A stretch of DNA of 61,976 nucleotides, counting the filler, from Choristocarpus tenellus KU-1152 (Eukaryota > Protista > Phaeophyceae): assembly GCA_964200185.2 (NCBI GenBank). It is 5 parts of 5 records of this genome, joined end to end, with 100 filler letters (N's around TTAATTAATTAA, not from the genome) between each part and the next. Parts side by side here need not be neighbours in the genome. Positions count along the whole stretch, not along the records: positions 25,451 to 56,316 come from CAXNAD020000087.1; 4 more parts are not named here. One strand, given 5' to 3'. The notes beneath the pieces are model-generated. The model was not told the origin of the DNA. It ran no database searches and saw only the letters and a list, made by a program, of their open reading frames with translations. Numbering within the stretch: position 1 is the stretch's first letter; the number at the start of each line of letters is the position of its first letter. Shown here one piece after another: positions 42,101 to 53,452 of this stretch. Both the position numbers and the translations under genes were made by a program.

Positions 42101-45100
42101 TTATTTATTATTGTGAGAATACATCAGCACTATTAATGGTAAAGGTGCAAACTCTGTCTCCCCCTTGACAACAGTTTTGTTATTATTATTAGCATGTTTA
42201 CAGTGTAACACACCAGTTACAGATTGTCATTCAATTGGTTTATTCTTAACTGTCAGAATTTCATCAAATTTTAGATTATCTGTGTTGTTAGAAGTCGTTC
42301 ATTCACCCACCCATGAACCAGTTGAGATAATTATTGTTTATTTTTATTTAGCAGCACTCTAATATATATTCATATATATTCCTACCAGAGGTCTAAATGA
42401 AGTATCAGAGGAAGGGAACAACAATGAAGACTGGCTGGATGGACCCCGTGTCAACAGAAATGCTAATGCTAATGAAAACACGAATGGAAGGCGTTTTTCT
42501 GGTAGCAAAGCAAGAAATGCAGCTACAGGGATGGGGGAGAAGTGTGACACAGATAGTGATTTCAGAAGTTGGGGTGATCTGGGTGACCTGGATATCGACT
42601 CACTTGACATTGAAGAACTATTGGGAGGACCTGGGTTGGATGGTGTTTCTGAAGGGATTTCCACTGATCCTGAAGGTGGTGTTGGTGGTGCTAGCAGCAG
42701 TCCTCCTGTGGGTGGTGGTCGTGATGGTTCTGACAAATCTTCTTTGGTGTGTATTATTGATTCATTTTGGTATGCTTGTGTTTTCGTGTTTGATGTGATA
42801 GTTTTTGTTTTGTTTTATGTGCTCTTCTGTTTCCCATTGTCAGGAAGGCGTGTAGAATTACTCACTGACTAGTTATGTTTCAAAGTAAAATTTTCCTACT
42901 ATTGATATTAGTATTATTATTAAACCATTATTAAACGTTACTGGTACCTCTTTGGACTGTACATTATTAGTAGTAGTAGTAGTATTGTTACTTGTCTGTG
43001 TTCTTCTCATGTGCTGCATTGTACCTATAAGAGTTAACTTCCTACATGTATTTTGTCAGAAAATTAATTTATTTTTTATGTGTGTGCTCTACTCTAGAAA
43101 GCTGATCAGTTTATGTGTGCCAGAATACCATACAAGATACTACCGTCTAGTATGTGCAGTGCAGTGATCTATTGCACTACACTACTGATAAGTTGATTGG
43201 GAACTAACTTGTGCTGTACTTCTCCCTGTGTGCTGAACATACTCTTGTTGTACAAACAAAAACATGTGAGAGATACAGTACCATCTACAAGGGGGGTATT
43301 GTTGAGAATTAAGGACCTCTATGACGATGACTTTATTGTCATACAGATGTTTTGAGCACTGTGGAGTAAGTACACTTTCACCTATCAAACACTATTCACA
43401 GCTGATTTTCTCTTTTTTATAATCATAGCCTTGTAAGGGTTAGGGTTAGATATAGCTGCATTTCAGGCGTAGGTGTATTAATAGTGTATAATTCACCAAG
43501 GTTTGAAGAGCTTTTAAAAGTCAAAACAGACAAAATCCCCCCCCTGCTGAGATTGTTTTTCTTTCTATCCAAGTTTTTCTATAGCTATTTTATTTTTTAT
43601 ATTTATTAATACCTCACTCAATTCAAGTCGTTTTAAATTGTGTTCCTGTAACCATCACACTAGCAACGAGAGGATATTATATAGTACTTACATACTTATA
43701 TAGTTGCTTCAAATGTTACAAAATAACACATCAACCTTTACTAGTTGATGTTAATTGTTTATCAAGTAATTACTTTTGACATCATAGTAACCTTGACATG
43801 AATCCATCACCTCCCAAGGTCAATGATGAGTTAAGATATAGAAGAGCCGATGTGAGTGTGTTTGTTGTGTGTTAGGAGAAAGTGAATACATGAGATGTGT
43901 GAATGTTGTGATGTTGAGTAAAGCGAGTTACAAGTATCCCCTTGTCCAGTAGTGGTGGTCCAACATGAACTGGAACCTGTGAACATATGTTCTTAATAGT
44001 GTAAAAATAATGCTTACAGAATGGTCATTTGCTTTTTAATCCCCTGCCAAACTTTACCTTTGTGTCCAACTCAGGGGATGAGTGGATTTGACAGCATCCT
44101 TGCTGAATTGGACAACATGGCAAATGAACCTGCCAATATTGGAACTGGAACTGGAAGTAAAATGGGGACTGGGGCTGGGACTGGGACTGGAAAAGCTTCT
44201 TCACTGGATACTTCTCACCTGGACAATGTTTTGGCAGAGCTCTCAGGTGTTGCACCCAAGCCTCAGAGAGGAGGTAAGCCTCGGGTTTGGGGAGATTATG
44301 TGGGGGATGGCAATGTAGGGGGTCGAAGGGGAGGAAGAGGAGGAAGGGGAGGAAGGATCCAGCAGCAACAGAACCAACAGTTCAATACATGGGATGATAC
44401 CAAGACCTATTTCAGGGGTGAAACAGAAGGTGGGACCAGTTATCGCACAGGACCAACTCCAGGTCCTAACTCTAGGCGTGCAGTGGATAGGATGCTGCCC
44501 GTGGAACCAAAGGATGCTGCCCCGCCTGGAGGATTCTCTGACATGGATCTTCTTAGACCAGAACCCATCTCAGATGAGGAGGAATGGATTTGGGATAAGA
44601 GGAAAAATGGAGGTGGCGTTGGGCAGGTTGAGGGGCAAGATGGGCAAGATGAAGACTATTTTAGTCAGCAAAGAGAAAAAAAGGTAGAACCTGTCTCAGA
44701 ACAAGAGTTTGATTTGTCTATGCCAACCCTCAGTGATTCAGTGGAACTTCCTCATGGGGAGCCAGATGTCTATGTTAACCCTCAGCCTGAAATGAAGCCA
44801 GCAGTAAAGGAGAGTGTTGCTTCTATTACAAAGTCAGATCTTGAGCCAGCTACTGATCCTGTTGAGGACCCAGTTATGGTTGATGTTTCTACAAAGGCAA
44901 AGGCAAAGGCAAAGGTCCTATCCACTCCACACCGAAAAAAAACTGTGAAGAAGGCCACTGCTAGTTCTTCTACTGCTACAGAGTCTACACTAGAACCAGG
45001 TGGACAAGGGATAGGTGGTGATGATGCAACCAAGATCAAGGCAATGAAGGTGAGGAGAACTAAATTTTGTTTTGGGTTTTCTACGCATGATCTGTTTTTC

Positions 45101-45591
45101 TTTGTTCATGGCATCATTTAGTTACTTCGTGCTGATCAGTTGTAATGGAGTTACAAGTTTTTGAGGTAAGGGGCACAATAACTGTATTTTATCTCCAGAG
45201 AGACTCTCTGTGCTGATACGATGAGATATGTACTCCACAAATACTGAATCAATATTTGAGGGAACCAAATGTGACATTTCCATGTTTTTCTGCTGTTGTT
45301 AGGGTTAGGGTTAGGGGTGCCACTGATAGCCAGCCCCTCTCACTTTTTTCTACTTCAGATGTATTGACCTTGAAATTGGGGGACACTAGATACGGATGTA
45401 AGTCCAAAACTGATACAATAGATTAATGCCCATGTGTTGCATTGATTCAGTCATTGGGATGCTAATCCTTTGTATTGGGAAACACTTCAACATTGCAGGT
45501 TGTGGAGCTGAAGGCAGCTTGCAGAGAGAAGGGTTTACCTGTGAGTGGAAAGAAGGCGGAGCTGCAGGAGCGCCTATTAAACTCTTTGTGA
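25451..45591 (+). CDS. nusG: NusG-family transcription elongation factor (NGN+KOW) with a long RGG/acidic disordered extension and a C-terminal SAP domain, 5'-partial; exons 25451-25504, 25571-25667, 26720-26965, 28522-28665, 29260-29349, 30227-30376, 31622-31709, 33966-34084, 35264-35634, 37116-37205, 38532-38595, 39320-39447, 40734-40974, 41280-41395, 42389-42746, 44075-45049, 45499-45591
   Basis: NGN: FKWYMLRVHKQKELYVRDNI...DELFVPTKK...EPMHPAYVYLHATMD...DKVVGFAG...PKAMSDAEIDNI. KOW: KGVMVEIMEGGFEGHKGEIFKV...VKIYAYGRNTDVEVSWDGVRRL. SAP: IKAMKVVELKAACREKGLPVSGKKAELQERL. All 16 introns are GT-AG with matching phases and no stop until 45589-45591. Confidence 0.85.
40183..40260 (+). repeat. Dispersed short repeat with a second copy at 54243-54323
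   Basis: ACCAATGATCTAGGTA(C/G)TCAT...AT(A)CACAC(AC)TCATG...GACTAACTGA is shared between the two loci. Confidence 0.65.
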
Positions 45592-48500
45592 TGATGACTT
45601 GAAGGGGAGGTTTTGTTTGGAGGTCTCTGTTTGGTGGTTGTCTCCTTTCTGTCCTCTTGCACTTTAGACCCTGCCACACAGACAGGGTGTTTACCAGAAG
45701 TACCTGCATTATGTGGTTTGAGATTGCTTTCTTTTTCATGAGATTATAACATACAACAGAAACAAGAATGATGGGTTGTCTACCTTAGAGCTGGTCTTGT
45801 TTCCTGACAAGGAGTAGGGAAGTGTCACATGCAATTTCAAACAAGTATACCTGCATCCATGGGGGACAATAGCATGGTTATGACGTAGAGGAGCAAGGAG
45901 TTTGTTAAAGTATATCTGTTTATGGTTTGTGGAACTTTGCTTGTTTCCTTCTTTTTATTTACTTCATTTTTGTTTTTTTAGGTAAGACAGTAGTGACAGA
46001 CATTCAAAACTTAACCCTAGGCCAACAGAGGCAATGGGCGGGTGGGTGGATGGATGGGCCATTACTACTCCTTGAGACCTTTTTGTTGTCTACACGTGGT
46101 GTGACTGCATTGTGCAGTGTATTGTTTGTCAGAGTTGTCAACCTAGAATATGGGGGTGTAAGGTTGGGTTTGACTTTGCTTTGGGATTGAGCTTTAATGT
46201 GAGGATTAGAGGGCTAGCTAGATCTACCATTTGCCTCTCAGTTGTGAGGTTGGGCTCGGTGAAGATATACACCCTTGGCTCGTTACATCTGTAATTTGCA
46301 GGAAGTTTTCCCCATAACCTGTTCTGTAGAAATTGTGTTGGGATCTATTGCTTCTTGAGCCAGCTCACATCATACATTTCATTTACTTGTATTGGCCATG
46401 ATCTCCTTTCCCCTCGCTGTTGCTTACCATAGAATAATACACAGAATCACTTTACTCAGGCAGAACAAGGTTGCATTGAGAAATCCTCTTTCAAGTTCAT
46501 GAAGTAGTCTGATTGTTGTGAGTAGTGAGTATCACTCTTTCCTTGTTTAAGTCTTGCCACATTCTTTGTTGTATATGGGTATATATAGGTATCAACTAGT
46601 ATACATACACAATGTCATTGGTTCAGGGAACGTTCAAGACCTGATGGCTATGGTGTTTGGGTCCATATTGTTAAACAAGATGTTCTGAATGGTACTCTAC
46701 ATGCTTGGTACATCCATTTAGCATACCTACTAGGCAATTAGATGTGGTAGGCATAAGAAATGTTATCAAATCACATGCCATGAGTTGCAGATGGGAGGTT
46801 GTGGATGTTCCTTTCTGCTTATTTTCTCTTGGTTTCTAGCAACTTGCTGAATGCAGGAGAGGTATGTATATATACTTAAATCACATAACAATTTCTGAAG
46901 GCGCAATACTTGTTTGTACAGATGATGTATGTGATAGATAGCATAGCATGCACAATTTGACAAGGGGACTAGTGGATTGGTTTGGAGGTTAGAGGGTAGG
47001 TAAAAAAAACAATGTGGGTGTATTGAGGGTGCATCTCCAATCTGAGCTGTTCTGGGGAAATGATTAATGCTTCCAGGATAAGATAGTGAGGGATTTAGAT
47101 TTCAAAGCAGAGTTGGGAGCCATTATTTGATGGTACAGAATTTATCTTTCTTTTGTCCTCCTTGTGCTATTAACACTCAAAATATACTATGGACTAGATG
47201 AATCAAAAGGATCTAAATGATAGAAAAGGCTAACAAACCTGCATGTTCTCAAGAAGCATAATGTACACTGAAGGAACTTGGTGGGACCATTGACTGATTC
47301 TGATTCGTTGCATGTAGTGTGTAGTGGATAATGCTGGCAAATAATCAATGTGATGGAGAATATCAAGATATACCTTATGAACAAACATGAATTGGGAGCA
47401 AGGAGAGGCAAAAAACTGATCACTGTTGTGATAGGGATGTCATTTGGCTTCATCTTTGTTATCATCTGTTTTAGTTGTAAATATTATTGATAAGTGATTA
47501 TTAGTGACATGTTGAAAGTATGTATTCTTGGTATATTATTGGAGACAAAATTTGGTGCTGACAGATCACCTACTGCATATACATGAATTGTTTCACATAC
47601 TTCTAATTCTGTTTTTTTACGATTTAGGTTGGACTAGAATGGCCCATAGAAAAATAACTCAAGAATAGTACTGTAAAATAGCATTAAATATTTGGAAGGT
47701 AAGTCCTACTTTCCAAATCTCGAAATTTCGGGAGCTTTTAGAATGATTGGTTTTTGAGAAATTAGGTTTGCTGTGGCTAGGAGGGGTTGGTTGTTGTTGG
47801 AGAGGTAGTCCCCGCCAGATAGGTGGGTTCAATTTGACACTGTGTGTGTATTGTGTATCCCTTGTCAAACATTTTGAGGACAAGTCATCCTATTATAATT
47901 GAGGGATCTGTTCCAGTGTTTCCAATTTTGGGTGTTTAGTTGGCACCCCCCCGCCCATTAACTCGGAAATATCTGACTTTTGTCGAGTAAGGAATTGGAG
48001 GTAAGGGGAGCAGTACAATGCTGAACGGTACAACGAATTTCACACATGCCCTCAAAAGTTTCATTCTCAGTCATACCTTGCCGCCAACTAAAGGGAAACC
48101 CTAATTTAGACACCACCGGTTTGCTAGGTGATTTTGAGTATTATTCTGGGCTTTTTGAAAACCTCCTGGCTGACACCCCTTTTTCTACCAGTGTCTGGAA
48201 TGTGTTTAATATGATTACGATGAGGAGCGACTAGCACAAGGTCATGATTCACTCATACCAACAAAAACGTCACACATCAACTTTCAATACTAATACCAGG
48301 TCATCTACTGTAGTGTGCGGGGGGTATTCTCAATAACCTCCAGCATCTAGCAACATTCCCAAAAATGAAACTAATATTATATTTGGTTCATCATGCATTT
48401 CTTGATCTACAACCTAGGAGAGATTAACCAATGTGAGCATGTCTTCAAACCTCCATAGCAACACCTCACACCCCTACATTCATCCATCTAGCAAAATAGT

Positions 48501-50260
48501 ATACTATTCTCCTTGAAAAGGTCCTAATCACCACAACTGGGTGGAAATGCATGCAGCTGCAAGGTTTAACTTAGTTGGCACTATGTACATCTTCAATAAC
48601 ACAGAAATGTTAAGGCAGAAGAGAAACTCATTGTTGCAAACAGTAATGCAAACTTCTGACTGAGAATGTATGAGTCAAACCAAGAGGTAGGCAAGATTAT
48701 ATTTTAAGGGTTCCAAGAAAGGGCAAAAATATGTCATTTGTACAATTGCAGCAAGAGCCTTTGCTGAATTATGGTGTCACTTTGAGTGTGGAAAGGGGAA
48801 ATATCAGTTTTGTGTACACTATTGTGCACCTAAAGCAATGAAATAGTGTGTATTGCACAAGGTAAAAAAGATGGATTGGAATGCAATAGGGTCCAAACCT
48901 GCCCCCCTAACAACTGGTTTGGCTCTACGCATATTATATAATACTTTTTGAACCTCTAGTATATAATCTTTGAGATAAGTTTACATGGTCAAAGTAACAA
49001 ACTTGCCTGTGTAATTATGGTATACTGATCCTACCTACCGTAGATAGGTTGCACCAGGTACAGGAGGTATGGATTTCACCATTTTTTGTACTATTTGTAA
49101 CCTAGTTGCAACGTCGACACTACCTTGAGAGATTAGTGAAAGTAAGGCTCATCACATGCAAATTAGAGTAAAAAGTATGTAAGTTTTACGTATCATGGTA
49201 TCACCACCAGTGTACAACATGAGGAACACAAATGACATCTGCAGTACACATCTACAGTACACATCATATCACATACAAAAAACAATGAAAATTGCACGAT
49301 ATAAGTATGTAGGTAAGGCCATGCACACAGTCTGTGAAATGTACTGTTGAAAGTACTTCAGTTAGGTCAGAGGAAACATCGGTGTGGACGACCCAACATC
49401 TCTAATTGCATGATGGTCTATACTACGATTACTACTAGTGGTGAAGGATCTCTAGCAGTTGTTGACCTTGCTGGTCTACCTTGTCTTGCTCACAAACAAG
49501 TTATACAACAAAAAAATGAGAAAAAATCAGCCCTTTCAAGTATGACTGTAGACACCATCTCCTCTTGAATTGTGGCTCAGAACATGTGCATAGCGAGTGA
49601 ATCTCATCAATTCCAAGTACCCATTTGATACCTCCTGCCCGACCAAGTATTCATTTGAATACAGACCATAGTGGTCTTGTATAACTTGGTGAAACAAATC
49701 AGCAGAGGCCAGAAATTCTAACAACCGAAAACATGGTGATTGCCCTAGTGGCAATTAATTCATGGCTATGCATAATGAAAGTCAATATTTTGGTACCCTG
49801 TAATTGAAAAGATTCTTCTCTAACTATTGTAGTCTACCAGACAGCTTGGCCAAGAAATTTCACTCAAACAGAATACATGCACGATATGTTCATCAGCATC
49901 ACCACTCCTGCAGTCATCGTGGAAAATAGTGTTGAAAACAAACACCTCTTTGTCCCTCCTGTTCTTCATAACTCCAGTATGGTATGCTCTGGGTGACTCA
50001 TGAATAATAATGTGGAGTTGCATCCTGATACCTCACACCATCTGACACTCACAGTCACAATCCTTTTCTCCAGGGCAGTTAAGCCCCAAGGCATGTCATG
50101 TAAAACCCACACAATCATAACCACATGTTCACACCAAAAAACGAACAAGACATAATTTGGACATGTACACCGCCAAGACCGGACAACAGTTCTGCTGACC
50201 ACTGTTTACCCATGTGCTTCTCCCTTTTCACCATACACAGCAACTGCATACATGCTACAA

Positions 50261-52729
50261 TCACAATTGCACAAATTGAAGTATTCCCGAAAGCAGGAAG
50301 GCAATTGGTATGGCTGCAAGGAGATAGATAGCGATAAGGGTGCGCCCCATGGACTTGGCAAGTTCTGGCTTGTTCTCCAACTGTAGTATGACAACACTGT
50401 TTTGCGCCGATGGCATGCATCTGTTTATATAGGCCAAACAAAAACGTGTGTGAGGGAGGGGAAGGCGGCAGTGAGGGAGAGAACATAGGTCCATGGTGTA
50501 GAGGTATCAAGAGTGTAGGAGTTAGGGTAAGGGTTAAAGGGCAAGTGAATCCTCTCTCTTCAGTGTGACACACACCTTCAGCATTTATTCGAATTTATTC
50601 TACACCTTACTAGTGTGAACCCTATCTTTAGTATTTATTCTACCGCTTACTGCTGTGAACGTTTCTTTGTACAATGTATTTGATAGCTACCTGTCAACCC
50701 GGATATTTCTCTAGGAGAGATTATGTTAGTCTTACCCAGTGATGGAGACACTTAGATACTCTGGGTTTGTGTTAGAGACTGATACTTCCCAAGTATACAC
50801 ATTGCACTATCTTGTGAAATCAAGACACATCATGCCCACATTAGATAGACAACCACTTTGCCATGTATTCCCCACAATGTCATCAAGTTCAAATAATTTG
50901 TTCCTACTCTTAGTTCAGACCTGCTCTAAAAAGGTTGGCGATGCCACCTGCAGTCTTGAGGGGTGAGGGAGGTTGTCCATCTTTTTGAAGTACCTTTGGT
51001 CGAGACATATTTAGTACACTATTTATTTACTAAGGAGTGGGAGTGTCAATAATTGATCAATTGGGCACACTTCTGAAAAGATCACAATCTCAACTCTCTG
51101 ATCTCAAATCAAAGGGGTCTGAAGTTAATTTACATTGGCATTGAGACAAGAACTATGCTGGTTTGTGGCTATATTCAAATCATCAACCAATCAGGCACAA
51201 CCTCTTCTTCAACTAAAAAAATATCCACCCCCAACTCTTTAAATGTTGTGTTTCCAACCATGGAAAATAATCAAGACACAGCCTCACCCTTGCATCAGCA
51301 TCACAAACCACAGCAGCTTGTCGTAGGGAATCAAACCCATCCTTGATCCGGACATGAGCATCACAGCTGCCAAGAATGGCATGATCAAGAATCGAGCAGC
51401 CATAATTGCTGACACCTGTCATCCCTCATGACATCATATACGAAAAAAAAGAAAAAAGAAACACCAACCACGAGCAGGAATATGGCATAACACAAGGGGG
51501 GGGGGGGGGGTGAAAGCAGAATGCCCTGCATTCAATCAGCTAAGAGGATAAACAACTCAAGGGAAGAACAACAAATATGGTTATGGTACCACTTTTTAAA
51601 TCACAATTCTAGCACAGCTTAGGTGTTACCACAAGCATGATTGATGGTTGAATGTTTGGATGGAAAATATCAATTGGAGAATGATGTCAAGATCGCCAGG
51701 TTAGAGGACAGAGGAGAGTATTGATACAAGAAATACTAAGACTAAACATATTAGCTCAACTGCAGAAGAGGTGGAGTCATCAAATAGGCTATCAAGAAAT
51801 ATTAATAATACCCCTCACTTTAGACATCACCCTTATCATAACAGGAGATATTGCTCTATCTGTCAAATAGTATTACCACAGGACTTGCAGAAAATATCGC
51901 ACTGCATTGTACTAGGATCACATCAGACAATAATCATAAAACTCTTGTGCATCAAATCTCACATGGCACATGAAAAATACCATCTCATCAGCCTCAATGA
52001 AATAACATTGTGACTCAAACAAAAAAACATGCAACTCTGACTCAGGTAGCTGTTATCACTAACCCTAACACTAACCCTAAAACATAAAAAAAGGATGACC
52101 TATGGTTTACACACCATTATAGTGTTTGTGAAGAAAAAATAGTCAGTGATTGACACTCATGCTTGATTTCAATAATGGACTGGAGAAAAAACCACACAGT
52201 GAAACACTTGGTTCAAACCATACACTAGAAGATACTCATAAGTATTTCACACATATATGTGATACATACATACGTAAGAGCACAGGACATGACTATACAA
52301 ATTCATCCCCTCCTTGAATTGCTTCAACAGGAAGTGCTGACTAACAAAACTGGTACAATACTGACCATAGACCTAGTACAACACAGTTCAACAGCATGTT
52401 GAGACACGTCAACTTGTTATTCAATTCAGAACAGAATGTAGGTGATGAGTGTAGAGATGTGGTCATTGCTACTACAGGTAAAAAGTAATACAAGCACTAC
52501 TTTTTCATTACAGGGGGGGGGGGGAGATTTTGGCAAACTTTTCCTCATTGTCTCTGTAATCACTATTACTGGATGTAGTTTGAAGTTGAACATTTCCCAC
52601 CTTTTTTGCAAATGCACGATCAAAGGACTTGTGAATCGGTGCTGGCTCTCCTAGCTTTGGTGAACCTCCACGGACAAGGGACCCTGCTAGAACCAGAATG
52701 GCAGCAGGAAGGTAGGCTTGGCCCAGGCT
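50261..52729 (-). CDS. PILS: PIN-LIKES / auxin efflux carrier (Mem_trans) family transporter, 5'-partial; exons 52729-52601, 51415-51288, 50420-50261
   Basis: SLGQAYLPAAILVLAGSL.../VSAIMAARFLIMPFLAAVMLMSGSRMGLIPYDKLLWFVMLMQG/CMPSAQNSVVILQL...TLIAIYLLAAIPIAFLLSGILQFV* matches the last transmembrane helices of PILS/AEC proteins (LGxxxxP...LxGxL; RxxxxP; DxLxxFVxLxQxxMP). Upstream exons were not resolved. Confidence 0.85.
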
Positions 52730-52817
52730 CTGTGTTTTCAATAAAGAGATTGTGATGGGATGGGTGGTGGATAGGGAGGTGTGCGAAAGTTTTTTTATAG
52801 TGAAACTACATATATAT

Positions 52818-53085
52818 AGACTAACATTTATAAGAGATACATTTATAAGAGATACATTGAACTGACTACTAACATTTATAAGAGATACATTGAACTGACT
52901 ACTAACTTTTATAAGAGATACATTTATAAGAGATACAGTGAACTGACTACTAACATTTATAAGAGATACATTTATAAGAGATACAGTGAACTGACTACTA
53001 ACATTTATAAGAGATACAGTGACTGTCTACTAACATTTATAAGAGATACATTTATAGGAGATACAGTGACTGACTACTTACACTT
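52818..53085. repeat. Nested minisatellite: ~33/47-bp units with one or two copies of a 14-bp CATTTATAAGAGATA-type core plus GAACTGACTACTAA
   Basis: About 6 units read directly from the sequence, in a PILS intron or upstream region. Confidence 0.9.
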
Positions 53086-53206
53086 ATACTTATACTTACA
53101 CTAATACTTAGATCAGGTACGGTTTAGGAAAGACAAGAAACGCTCAGGTTGTTTGTCAGTTACCTTTTCAGAACAAAATTTGATACTTTATTTGCAAGAT
53201 GAGATG

Positions 53207-53452
53207 ACCACCTTTAATTTCATTATTATTTCTGAAGTCCAATCAAAAACACTACTTTCAAGACTTAGTTCCCTTGTCAACACAACTCCTCTTGCACTCT
53301 TCTTATTGCTGCTTGCATGCTCTTTGCGTGGACTTTGACTTAAGGAAACCCCAACTATATGCCATAAACATGCCTATACATCTCTTATGTATGTTACTAA
53401 CAGTTGTGTTGGGTGGGCAATCTACCACCTTTAATTTCATTATTATTTCTCA
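53207..53452. repeat. 27-bp direct repeat ACCACCTTTAATTTCATTATTATTTCT, copies ~216 bp apart
   Basis: Copies at about 53207 and 53424. Confidence 0.75.

Noticed and set aside
45600-50250. Genes in the nusG-PILS intergenic region (e.g. ORFs 47187-47465 and 49536-49754)
   Set aside because: No recognisable domains or consistent exon chain.
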